A stretch of 64,000 nucleotides of DNA from Candidatus Omnitrophota bacterium (GCA_016928875.1 JAFGJY010000019.1:1996-65995), one strand, 5' to 3'; shown: positions 38,582-47,250, numbered from the stretch's first letter. Program-made: numbers and translations. Notes: a model not told the origin generated them from the letters alone.

Positions 38582-39627
38582 AATGTGTTAAAGACCTCCT
38601 CTTTAATGCAATATAATTTTTTGTTCATGAACTTCCCTGGATTATGATATGGTTGACAGCGATGGCCAAGATAACAGAGCCGCAAATATTCACAGTTCAC
38701 ACACTCAGCTATCTCTTCGGCTTGTAGGTAAGCAGGTTCACGGAATTGATTCATCACCGGTGAATTGAGCCAAATATCTTTAAGCGAGGTTTCATAAAGG
38801 TCGCCGGCCACACAATCCCAGATTATCTCGCACGGGACGACTTTCCCGTCGGGACGGATGGCACACTGTTTCATCGCTGCCCCGCAGGGACTGACCATGA
38901 GCGGAAATTCAAATGTTGGCGGTGCCTCGCGTAATTTATCCAAGATCTCGACTTGCGTCATAACAGAACCCGTTATTGCATTTTTATATTTTTTGTTCAG
39001 TTCACGTACAACATCGAGCGATTGAAAGGTTTCTGCCGGCGTCATCAGTATTTGGTCGGAATAACAGGCGGCATTGCCGACATAGCACACATTGTTGAAA
39101 CGAATACTGTTAATGCCAAGCTCGCACGAAAGTTTATACATATTTTCAATATCGTGGTAATTGAATTTGGTCAGGATCGCAGACAGCGTAATGCCCCTCT
39201 TTATGCGTTTGATCTCTTCGATACCGCGGATCACCTTATCGAACGAACCCTGGCCGCGAAACGCGTCATGTACTTCGGCGCACGATCCGTCAATGCTGAT
39301 GCAATATGATCTGATCTTCGAACGTGCAAGCCAATCAGCTTCTTCACGATCGATCAATGTTCCGTTAGTGTTCACGCTTATCGTCAGCGGACATTTCCCC
39401 AGTTCCTCGGCAACAAAATGAAAATGTTCGGACATGAATGGCTCACCGCCGAATATCGAAACACTGAAGATCTTCATATCGCGTATCTGATGAATGATAT
39501 TGAGGAGCATTTCACGAGAAAATTCACGGCAGCCTGTCGTGCTGCTCGCCAGACAGTGCTTACAGGCTAAATTACACTTATTGGTTATACCGAAACTGAT
39601 ATTGTGCGGCGCGCTTAAAGTCTTCAT
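38578..39627 (-). CDS. scmE: Radical SAM/SPASM protein, ScmE-like (SynChlorMet cassette)
   Basis: ITNKCNLACKHC, GGEPF, NTNG, CGAA…IRPDGKVVPC, CVNCEY..LC.GHRC; tandem with the ScmF-like gene. Confidence 0.72.
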   Translation of the reverse strand: MKTLSAPHNISFGITNKCNLACKHCLASSTTGCREFSREMLLNIIHQIRDMKIFSVSIFGGEPFMSEHFHFVAEELGKCPLTISVNTNGTLIDREEADWLARSKIRSYCISIDGSCAEVHDAFRGQGSFDKVIRGIEEIKRIKRGITLSAILTKFNYHDIENMYKLSCELGINSIRFNNVCYVGNAACYSDQILMTPAETFQSLDVVRELNKKYKNAITGSVMTQVEILDKLREAPPTFEFPLMVSPCGAAMKQCAIRPDGKVVPCEIIWDCVAGDLYETSLKDIWLNSPVMNQFREPAYLQAEEIAECVNCEYLRLCYLGHRCQPYHNPGKFMNKKLYCIKEEVFNTL

Positions 39628-39765
39628 ATGTAAATATTTCCATTCATGGGAGCGAGTGCGGTTTATATTTTAGATAATTTACGTTGGAAGAAACTACTAT
39701 ATTATAATATGATTGAACAATCAATAATTAATTTGCTAATCATTTATATTGAATAAGTTAGCGCT

Positions 39766-40959
39766 ATGGTACCATACCGCAAAGACCTGACCGAAAAACT
39801 TCTGATGTTCATCATGAAACATGATGCGCGCGATCTTATTTCTGCAGACGCCCTTGAGCATACTGACTGGAGCACATTCCTGCCGTTCGTGCGCTATCAC
39901 GGTTTACATAGCATGTTGTACCCGCTGCTCAAGCCCTTTCGTGAGCATATCCCCCATGTGCATTACGCTAGTTTTCATAAATCGTATTTTCAAGCGATCG
40001 CATTCAATGTGCGGGCAAAAGGATCATTTATGAAGATCAAAGATCTTTTTGACGGGAACGGTATCCAACTCGTACCGCTTAAAGGTATGGCGCTCATCTT
40101 CGATATTTATTCCTCGCATCCCTCGCGGCCAATGTGCGACCTTGATATCCTGATCACAGATAGTGATTACGAACGAGCGAAGGATCTTCTTAAGCAGATC
40201 GGATACATTAAAAATGTCTCTGATGATAGTGAACACTACTGGCGCAATGAACAGATGCACGTGAGCTTTGGTCCGAGAGACGGTACATTACCATTGTGTA
40301 TACTTGAGATGCACTGGCAGCTTGATTACACGCGCAAGTATCCCCTTTTGTCTGATCTCTGGCACCGCGTCCGGACTATCCCTGATGAAGGCGATGAAAT
40401 TGTGACCCTCTCGCCGGAAGATACACTGTTCTCGCTGGCACTACATCAGCGAAGGTTTGGTGCGCCACTCCAACTTAAGTATGCGTTTGATACGGCGTTG
40501 CTCTTTAAAAAGTATGAGAATAGTATTGATATTGATTATCTTATAAGTGAAGGCCGCAGGTCGCGGATACGATCGGCCCTGTATGCCCTCGTCAAGCAAT
40601 GTTCTTTTTTTTACTCTGATACGTCGGTTGAAAGATTACTAAAGGAATTACACATCTCAACGCTACGCAAGAACTGCCTGGACGCAATGATCAAAAAGAA
40701 CACATTTGAAATACAGAACAACACAAAGCAGCTGTTTGCCACCCTGCATCTGTTCCTCTTTGATAGCTGGAACGAACCATTATTCTACATGCTGAACATA
40801 CCCTATGTGCAGTTCTGCAAATATTACGGTCTTCTCCCCGGGCAGAAATATTCCCGCTTCTTGTACTCTCTCCGTTATTTTTACTATGGAATTGGGCTGA
40901 TACAATTAGGTGTGCAAAAGCTGTGTTTTTTACTACGGGGCGAAGCGGAGAAAAGATGA
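39766..40959 (+). CDS. Nucleotidyltransferase family protein (NTP_transf_5-like, RiPP-cluster associated)
   Basis: PLKGMAL…Y…RPMCDLDILI…LEMHWQL…LSPED.L..LALH. Confidence 0.85.
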   Translation: MVPYRKDLTEKLLMFIMKHDARDLISADALEHTDWSTFLPFVRYHGLHSMLYPLLKPFREHIPHVHYASFHKSYFQAIAFNVRAKGSFMKIKDLFDGNGIQLVPLKGMALIFDIYSSHPSRPMCDLDILITDSDYERAKDLLKQIGYIKNVSDDSEHYWRNEQMHVSFGPRDGTLPLCILEMHWQLDYTRKYPLLSDLWHRVRTIPDEGDEIVTLSPEDTLFSLALHQRRFGAPLQLKYAFDTALLFKKYENSIDIDYLISEGRRSRIRSALYALVKQCSFFYSDTSVERLLKELHISTLRKNCLDAMIKKNTFEIQNNTKQLFATLHLFLFDSWNEPLFYMLNIPYVQFCKYYGLLPGQKYSRFLYSLRYFYYGIGLIQLGVQKLCFLLRGEAEKR

Positions 40960-40980
40960 ACGATCGTTCCCCTGCGTTCT

Positions 40981-41210
40981 TTACAAAGGAAATAGTAACG
41001 GGCCGGCCCCGCCGATACAATCATTAGGCGAAGGACCTGCCGTACAGCTACCAAAAGAGTATCCTACCTCACAAAACCCAGGATGCATGATCGAATTATT
41101 AGTGTTCCATGCGCCGCTCGCAGCATTACCGTGGCCACATGCTAAACATGAGCCGGATACCCTTGGTTATATTCAAAAACTTGTGGCGCAGTATAATGTT
41201 TTTTCGATAT
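40981..41210 (-). pseudogene. Frameshifted CxxG precursor paralog (P3b), absent from the ORF track
   Basis: Two frames join at ~41143 into (I)SKKHYTAPQVFEYNQGYPAHV[Y]ACGHGNAASGAWNTNNSIMHPGFCEVGYSFGSCTAGPSPNDCIGGAGPLLFPL*; ATA at the expected start, 1-nt deletion, Cys replaced by Trp. Confidence 0.82.
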
Positions 41211-41227
41211 ACAATTTGCTGACTGTG

Positions 41228-41464
41228 TTATATCGCGGGCCATACTTGCGGCGAATCACCGGCGGTGCAATTATTAGGGCTACCGCCGGAAGTACAATTC
41301 CCGAACGAATACCCTATGGTGCAATAGCCGGGATAGGCGATTGAATTCCCAATACTGCATGTACCGCTCGCTGTACTCCCCAGGCCACAAGCATATGCAT
41401 CTGCCGGATGCCCTTGGTTATATTCTATGATCTGTGGTGGGCTATAATCTTTTTTATTTTTCAT
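41228..41464 (-). CDS. RiPP precursor peptide P3 (ScmA-like, 5 CxxG units)
   Basis: KKDYSPPQI…ADAYA, then CGLG, CSIG, CTIG, CTSG, CTAG; ATG at 41464. Confidence 0.85.
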   Translation of the reverse strand: MKNKKDYSPPQIIEYNQGHPADAYACGLGSTASGTCSIGNSIAYPGYCTIGYSFGNCTSGGSPNNCTAGDSPQVWPAI

Positions 41465-41550
41465 TATTTCCAAATCTATGATTTTATACTTGTGTAAGAA
41501 TTATAACACATTAGGTATGATTCGCGGATATTTTTGCTGTTTAAAAGCCA

Positions 41551-42636
41551 TTACCGATCTCCATGATCAAGTTTGTTTACTAGATCGTTAAAGTCATCGC
41601 TGAGATCTGCTTTTAACGGGAATTTAAGTTCATAAGAAGGAATACCTGTAGCAATGTCGGCTAGCATATTAAAATAGAAGCTATTACTCTCACGGTCGGC
41701 ATTCATTGCCATAAGCTGTAATGGTTGATCGTAAAAAAGGAAACGACTGAGAGCATCACGCACATCGATGGGCGTTGCTTTTAAAACATCTGATTTCTCA
41801 AGGAAGAATATATATTTGATCGGAAATGAGCGTGATACCATGTCGGCGCTCATACTTCCCTGCTTGTACTCGTTCCACCATGGCGTTGCAACCGCAGAAA
41901 ATCCACCCTGTTCATCGGTCACAATGATACTGAGATCGTCACTCAGACCCCTGTACTTTTTAAGTGTTTTTACGATCGTTGATTTCCCATCGCCTCCCTT
42001 GCCTAAAAATACATACCCTGCCCCCTCACGAGCACACGAAGCCGCATGCATAATGACACCTTTTCGAGCGGCCATAAGTGATGTCCTGAATATCTCGTAC
42101 AGCGCTTGAACGCGAACTAAATGCTGTACTTTTATCTCAAGCGGGTCTGCTTCACCAATGATCAAGCGGAACATGAACCCGCACCGCTGTTGCTTGCAAA
42201 AAAAGCTCAACACTGCGCCGGACGAGACAACCGTCGCATCTTCAGTCTTTACTCCATCCAGAAGTACCTCAAAAAGCTGTGGGTGTGCGTCAAAATACGC
42301 CGCAAAAAAGAATTTAAACGTATCCTCGAGGCAATCTTTGGGATTATTGTACAGTAATACGATCTTCTTCTTAAGCAGCGTGATAAACTCGTGATACTTG
42401 GCTGGTAATCTTTCCCGTCGCGCTTCCACTAAATATTCTATGTAATAATTATAGTCGTTCTCTTCTTCTTGGACCACAGGATACTGTGCGAACGGTGTGT
42501 AGTCTAATATCATGCCTATTTCAGCCTTGCGGCTCACATCAAAATGGATGTTAACGCAGATGCCTGCTATACATACTCTCACCCTATCGAACTGCCGTTT
42601 TTTGAATAGACTATCATGCGATATCATACCATTCAT
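41551..42636 (-). CDS. ScmC/HprK-like P-loop kinase-related protein
   Basis: MHAASC…FLGKGGDGKST…LSDD…TPWWNE…IFFLEKS…PSYELKFP; paralog of 43240. Confidence 0.78.
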   Translation of the reverse strand: MNGMISHDSLFKKRQFDRVRVCIAGICVNIHFDVSRKAEIGMILDYTPFAQYPVVQEEENDYNYYIEYLVEARRERLPAKYHEFITLLKKKIVLLYNNPKDCLEDTFKFFFAAYFDAHPQLFEVLLDGVKTEDATVVSSGAVLSFFCKQQRCGFMFRLIIGEADPLEIKVQHLVRVQALYEIFRTSLMAARKGVIMHAASCAREGAGYVFLGKGGDGKSTIVKTLKKYRGLSDDLSIIVTDEQGGFSAVATPWWNEYKQGSMSADMVSRSFPIKYIFFLEKSDVLKATPIDVRDALSRFLFYDQPLQLMAMNADRESNSFYFNMLADIATGIPSYELKFPLKADLSDDFNDLVNKLDHGDR

Positions 42637-42838
42637 ATATGCTCAATCATGTCTTCCATGTTTTTTAAAAGTATTCTATATTGCAATGGACATTAAATTA
42701 TTTTTTATTAACGCCGGCATATCGTACATACTTACATTATGTGGTGAGAATTCCTGACCGGGAACAAAAGAAGGGATTCATAGGCTCATCTTGTGTGAAT
42801 TATCTGCAGCTTCTTGAATAATAACACTTAGAATAAAC

Positions 42839-43087
42839 TCAGTAAACGACGTTGCTACCAAAAGAACAATAGCCTGTTGCAGCAGTGCCGGCCTCGCACA
42901 GCGAAGGGGCGAATCCTGTGTTACATATGTTATTAGCAGCCGTACCAGTACCGCAAGCAGTGCTAGCAGCGCCACCGGAGTTGCACACCCCAATGACGCC
43001 TGATCCGGGATCACAGAGGCCAACACCTTCAGAATCAGAGGGGGGATTAAAAAATGCTATTTGTGGTTTTAAATATGGTCGCTTCAT
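42839..43087 (-). CDS. RiPP precursor peptide P4 (ScmA-like, 6 CxxG units)
   Basis: KRPYLKPQI leader; CDPG, CNSG, CGTG, CNTG, CEAG, CSFG at 9-10 aa periodicity. Confidence 0.85.
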   Translation of the reverse strand: MKRPYLKPQIAFFNPPSDSEGVGLCDPGSGVIGVCNSGGAASTACGTGTAANNICNTGFAPSLCEAGTAATGYCSFGSNVVY

Positions 43088-43135
43088 ATATTCAATTCAT
43101 TGTATATTCCTAGAAATGCTTACTCAAATGTTTGT

Positions 43136-43163
43136 ATTATAAATAGTTATAATAATATGTCAA
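43136..43163 (-). promoter_or_regulatory. Sigma70 promoter for P4
   Basis: Perfect TTGACA-16 bp-TATAAT on the minus strand. Confidence 0.65.
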
Positions 43164-43239
43164 TGTATCTTTAACTACGCGCCCGCATTTTTTGAACGCC
43201 TGCTGATTACGGATTACGGGATCTGTTATCTGGGTATAT

Positions 43240-44346
43240 TTACCGTAAATTCCCCTTTATTTTCTCAAAGGCATCTGACAGGTCTTCGGTAATTGGGAAT
43301 TCAAGCTCGTAACACGCACATCGTCGTGTCAGCGTTCGTAAGAAATCAAAATAAAAAGCAATGCTCTTTTTATCTGTGGAAATTCCCTGAAAACGAAATG
43401 GCGAGTCATCATAAAGAAAGCGCCTCATCGCATCGCTTCGGGAAAGAGGGATCATTGCCAGTTTCGTTGCTTTTTTAAGAAAGAAAACATGGCGCAATAC
43501 GTTATCAATGCAAACTTCATGTGCCCTACCCTTACGGGCAACCACATCATCGTTATTCCACAACGATGGAGCGAGCATAAAATCTCCCTTATCCACAGGA
43601 TTTAATACTATGCTTACGTCATCGCTTAAGACATGATATCCCTTGAGACTGTTAATGATCGTCGACTTCCCTCCTCCTCCTCTGCCCATAAAGAGGTTCG
43701 CATCATTACTTTTAAGATTGGATGCACCATGGAGCATAATGCCTTTTCTCTCACCTGCAAGCACGGTTCTTGTGATCATATATAACATTTCCATGCCGGC
43801 TCGACGGTCATAATGGTCAGTCCCCTCATCGGCAGGTGGCACAACAGACAACACGATCCCCACTTTTGCACGTGGGCAGTAGAATACTATCATGATCGAC
43901 GATACGCACATATAGCAATCGCCGTCCAGCAGGATCTTTTTGATCACGTTGAAAATATGGGGGTATTGATCAAAATACGAGGCAAGGTACTGACGCATTA
44001 GTGAATCTCCCTTGATGCATCTATTTCGGTCAAAGTACACAATATTCTTATCGAGGTACGTTAAGATCGTACGATAGTCCGAGTTCACATTGCTAACGTC
44101 AGATCGACGCAGAAAACACAGGTAATAGTCCGCACCGCTTACTACATATCTTGTAGGATCGCTCTGTGTATTCGTACATGCTTCTTTAATAAACGACTGC
44201 TCAACGAAACCATTGTCGTTAGGATCGAATCGTAAGGTTGCATGGATGTACCCCATCTTAAAATACAAGCTAGATGTGAATGTGCTATTGAGAAGCTCTT
44301 TATTCAAACTAGTATCCTTACCGTTAATGATATTTGCATTCATCAT
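43240..44346 (-). CDS. ScmC/HprK-like P-loop kinase-related protein
   Basis: LHGASN…FMGRGGGGKST…LSDD…PSLWN…VFFLKK…CYELEFP. Confidence 0.78.
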   Translation of the reverse strand: MMNANIINGKDTSLNKELLNSTFTSSLYFKMGYIHATLRFDPNDNGFVEQSFIKEACTNTQSDPTRYVVSGADYYLCFLRRSDVSNVNSDYRTILTYLDKNIVYFDRNRCIKGDSLMRQYLASYFDQYPHIFNVIKKILLDGDCYMCVSSIMIVFYCPRAKVGIVLSVVPPADEGTDHYDRRAGMEMLYMITRTVLAGERKGIMLHGASNLKSNDANLFMGRGGGGKSTIINSLKGYHVLSDDVSIVLNPVDKGDFMLAPSLWNNDDVVARKGRAHEVCIDNVLRHVFFLKKATKLAMIPLSRSDAMRRFLYDDSPFRFQGISTDKKSIAFYFDFLRTLTRRCACYELEFPITEDLSDAFEKIKGNLR

Positions 44347-44359
44347 GTTATTTTCTGCA

Positions 44360-45180
44360 AAAGGACATAACGAATACTATCAGTAAAGATGAGTTTTGCC
44401 CCGATCTTATTTAATATGAATTCAAATGTCCTTATGGTATAAAATGAAATATGCGTTTCATCGCGTATATACTACTATTTCAGGAAATGATTGTCGAACG
44501 CTGTTCTTACCATCCTCCTGATAAGGTGTTTTGTACGCATAGGGGTTCCCGGCATTGATACGTACCAATGACATATCATCAGCAAGACAACAATTCGGCT
44601 CGAGAGTTCGAGCGACCGTTGGTTTACCCTGGTCCGCTGGCCCCCAAAGCAAAGTGTGCTTTACCATTTATTACAACCGCTGCCCCATGCATAAGCAACA
44701 GGTCTATTGTGTGGCATGCAACAAGTCTTACCATATCTTTTATTGTTGCCGAATAGAGACATTCACAGTTCATGGAGTTTTGAGATCGCAGTCGGTATAG
44801 TGGCATCATTCCGGAAGGTATGTGATACGTTATGAATTGATCAGGGTAAACATGCACAGCCTAGGTATTGTCGTTGACAGTGTATACCCGTTGTGCTGGG
44901 TTACGTGCGGCGAGGAGATCATAGCGATCGTTCAAAGAAACACTGGTATTGTTCCTTGCGCATAAAATAACTTCTTCTAGCCTGTCAAATGAGAACGCTT
45001 CATTATTGAAACAATCGATATCCTCGATCCTTACCGTAATGTATTGGTCATGGTCGCCAAAATGATCATTTCTTACATAAAGTGCACGGTGCCGTGCATC
45101 ATGCTCATTCAAATTTATGAGAAAGCTATCATGACTGGAAGAAAAAGCAATACCGGCTGATGACAATTATCTTATTATAA
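44360..45180 (-). pseudogene. Decayed ScmC/HprK-like gene
   Basis: Fragments in different frames: LMHGAAVVINGKAH and TLLWGPADQGKPTVAR…LADDMSLV…KTPY; stops and frameshifts; boundaries approximate. Confidence 0.65.
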
Positions 45181-45229
45181 TCGATTTAAGAACATAGATA
45201 AATGAAAATAAATAATAATGCAAAGCTGC

Positions 45230-45463
45230 TCATACCGGATATGGCGCCGGAGAACCGCCAAAAACACAATCATTCGGCTTAGCGCCCCACGTACAACTTC
45301 CAAACGTCCCCCCTTGCTCACAAAAACCGGAGATTGCAGTTCCGATAACAGTGCCGTTCATACATGTACCAGATGCAGAACTCCCGCCTCCACATGCGTC
45401 TGCGTATGCAGAAAATGAGTCACCATATTCTAATATAGTTGGTTGAGAATATTTTTTTTTCAT
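45230..45463 (-). CDS. RiPP precursor peptide P5 (ScmA-like, 5 CxxG units)
   Basis: KKKYSQPTI…AYADA, then CGGG, CMNG, CEQG, CTWG, CVFG; ATG at 45463. Confidence 0.85.
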   Translation of the reverse strand: MKKKYSQPTILEYGDSFSAYADACGGGSSASGTCMNGTVIGTAISGFCEQGGTFGSCTWGAKPNDCVFGGSPAPYPV

Positions 45464-45489
45464 AGCGCCTAAACGATTTACTTTCACTC

Positions 45490-45518
45490 ATAATACGCTA
45501 TTAACTCTGCGTTGTCAA
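45490..45518 (-). promoter_or_regulatory. Sigma70 promoter for P5
   Basis: TTGACA-17 bp-TATTAT on the minus strand, about 27 nt upstream of the ATG. Confidence 0.6.
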
Positions 45519-45529
45519 ACCAAAATCCT

Positions 45530-46189
45530 TCATCCTTTCTTCTTCATAACACAATATTTCACGTTGTCATTGGATAGCAGGACCCCGCCGATCGCATTGG
45601 CAATAACTCTCAACGTGTTAACTGTATAAAATGAAATATGTGTTTCATCCCTTATGTACCACCATTTAAGGAACTCAATGTCATTGCCAGGATGAAAGCG
45701 TGTCATGATCGCGAGAATTCCATGAGGATTAAGGCGTGACACCAGTTCAGATAATTGCATAAGTGGGCTTTTAAGATGCTCGATCACTTCTGTAGTTGTG
45801 ATCAGATCATACTTCTTTTTAAAGACCTCTTCGTGAGGATAAAAATACGGGTCATAATGATCAACGTATTCTATGTGCTCTTTTAATAATGTTGCAAGCA
45901 CCGGCGTAGTCCCGCAGCCGAAATCGAGGGCTGAAGAGACATGGTCCTTGTGAGGCAGGATCGCGGAATCAATAAAACTCAGGAACATATCGACATATCC
46001 CTTATTTTCGAACGTATTATTATGCAGTTCGTAGCGGCGTTTTTCTTCATCCGGGGCCAGGATCAAACATTCATCAAGTGATATAAACTCGCAGTTCTCA
46101 CACACAACGTAGCGCTTTGATGTTTCTCTGTGTATCAGTATCCTGGTTTGTGAACTACATATTTTGCACGATGGAGTAGGCATTGGCAT
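45530..46189 (-). CDS. Class I SAM-dependent methyltransferase with N-terminal Zn ribbon
   Basis: CKIC…CENC, RYELHNN, LDFGCG, YDPYF, TEVIEHL, WWYIRDETHISFY. Confidence 0.85.
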   Translation of the reverse strand: MPMPTPSCKICSSQTRILIHRETSKRYVVCENCEFISLDECLILAPDEEKRRYELHNNTFENKGYVDMFLSFIDSAILPHKDHVSSALDFGCGTTPVLATLLKEHIEYVDHYDPYFYPHEEVFKKKYDLITTTEVIEHLKSPLMQLSELVSRLNPHGILAIMTRFHPGNDIEFLKWWYIRDETHISFYTVNTLRVIANAIGGVLLSNDNVKYCVMKKKG

Positions 46190-46223
46190 ACCTTAGTTCT
46201 TGTGGTGCCGTATGAGTAAACTA

Positions 46224-46514
46224 CCACGCCCTTACAGACACGGCATTTGTCTAAAAAACCAAGCTGCGCTTGTCCGCGGTCTTTTTGGTACATATATTTT
46301 TATCGGTTGGTGGCCGCAGGCTTTAGCCTGCGCTGTACCAAAACCTTGAAAAACATACAATCCACCTACGAGGTGTGAAAAGAGCTTTTCTCACACCTCG
46401 TAGGTGAAGAATCCGTAATTAGTACAAACGCGGGCCAAAGCCTGCGGCTACCATTCATTCTTGACTCTTCGGACGACCGCGGATTCGCATCCATCCACGC
46501 GCTTACGGACGTGG
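46224..46514. repeat. Nested inverted-repeat/MITE-like structure
   Basis: Inner hairpin cacctacgaggtgtgaaaag/cttttctcacacctcgtaggtg; flanking IR tggtggccgcaggctttagcctgcg/cgcgggccaaagcctgcggctacca; outer tccgcggtc/gaccgcgga and ccacgc.cttac.gac motifs. Confidence 0.65.
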
Positions 46515-46533
46515 TATTGTGTGAGGATGCCAT

Positions 46534-46569
46534 AAAAAAGCCGCAACAGAACTGTTACGGCTTTTTTTT
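46534..46569. terminator. Bidirectional rho-independent terminator downstream of tRNA-Asp
   Basis: aaaaaagccgcaacag-aa-ctgttacggctttttttt. Confidence 0.8.
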
Positions 46570-46570
46570 A

Positions 46571-46648
46571 TGGCGGGAGCGACGGGACTTGAACCCGCAA
46601 CACCCAGATCGACAGTCTGGTACTCTAACCAAATTGAGCTACGCCCCC
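46571..46648 (-). tRNA. tRNA-Asp(GTC)
   Basis: GGGGGCGTAGCTCAATTTGGTTAGAGTACCAGACTGTCGATCTGGGTGTTGCGGGTTCAAGTCCCGTCGCTCCCGCCA; cloverleaf, CCA encoded. Confidence 0.95.
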
Positions 46649-46665
46649 ATATATCAATGAATACC

Positions 46666-46740
46666 TGGGCGTTTAAGGATTCGAACCTTAGACCCCTTCC
46701 TTGTAAGGGAAGTGCTCTAAACCAGCTGAGCTAAACGCCC
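46666..46740 (-). tRNA. tRNA-Val(TAC)
   Basis: GGGCGTTTAGCTCAGCTGGTTTAGAGCACTTCCCTTACAAGGAAGGGGTCTAAGGTTCGAATCCTTAAACGCCCA; CCA not encoded. Confidence 0.95.
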
Positions 46741-46770
46741 GTCAATACAAAAAACAAATTAAGCTTTCTT

Positions 46771-46950
46771 GGATTCTCCGCCACACGACGTGGCGCATTC
46801 GCCAATATCAGGAAGATATAATGGCGAAGAACCTTAGACCCCTTCCTTGTAAGCCGAGTAGGTCCGCCGTTTTTATTCGCGGAGGAAGTGCTCTGTACAA
46901 ACCTCAGCCAAAGGCTGATCCGCCTCTGGCGGAAGCTGAGCTAAACGCCC
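46771..46950 (-). pseudogene. Fragmented second copy of tRNA-Val(TAC)
   Basis: Segments identical to tRNA-Val (46771-76, 46829-53, 46884-94, 46899-903, 46934-50, plus shared 5' flank), separated by palindromic inserts. Confidence 0.85.
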
Positions 46951-47102
46951 GTCAATGCTTAAAATATGTCAAAAGTCCAAGCGAAAGAAGGTGTATTATA
47001 AGCAAGCCCTCTTCATTTGTCAAATAGTAACGCCCAATTTTTTGTTTTACCCACAGCATATCGTCCCGGCCGTTCTTTGGTGTCGTCCCCGCCATTCTTT
47101 GC

Positions 47103-47197
47103 TGTCGTCCCCGCGCAAGCGGGGATCGAGGCACCGAGATCCCGGATAAGCCTCCCGCCACAAGACGAGGCGGGCAGGTCGGCTTTCCGGGACGACG
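47103..47197. repeat. Palindromic RPE4/REP-like repeat with nested insert
   Basis: tgtcgtccccgcgcaagcggggatc…ggataagcct[cccgccacaagacgaggcgggcagg]tcggctttccgggacgac. Confidence 0.8.
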
Positions 47198-47250
47198 TGA
47201 AGAGGGTGCGGGGATGATATGGTACCTTCTGCGAAGATGACCCTAACTAA

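Noticed and set aside
36494-39627. PQQ biosynthesis (pqqD/pqqE)
   Set aside because: No pqqA (ExxxY), pqqB or pqqC; the context fits a SynChlorMet-type cassette
40910-41344. 144-aa + strand ORF
   Set aside because: Antisense shadow of precursor P3 and its pseudogene copy
42839-42841. Selenocysteine readthrough at TGA stops of precursors P1, P4 and P5
   Set aside because: The stops are not at expected Cys-register positions, no SECIS-like hairpin is evident, and paralogs end with TAA at similar lengths
2054-45463. Lasso peptide cluster
   Set aside because: Leaders resemble YxxPxL, but there is no lasso cyclase or B2 protease in the window, and the cores are CxxG repeats paired with rSAM enzymes
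46571-46740. Integrative element using tRNA-Asp or tRNA-Val as attB
   Set aside because: No integrase and no duplicated tRNA 3' end seen at the far (left) side of the island
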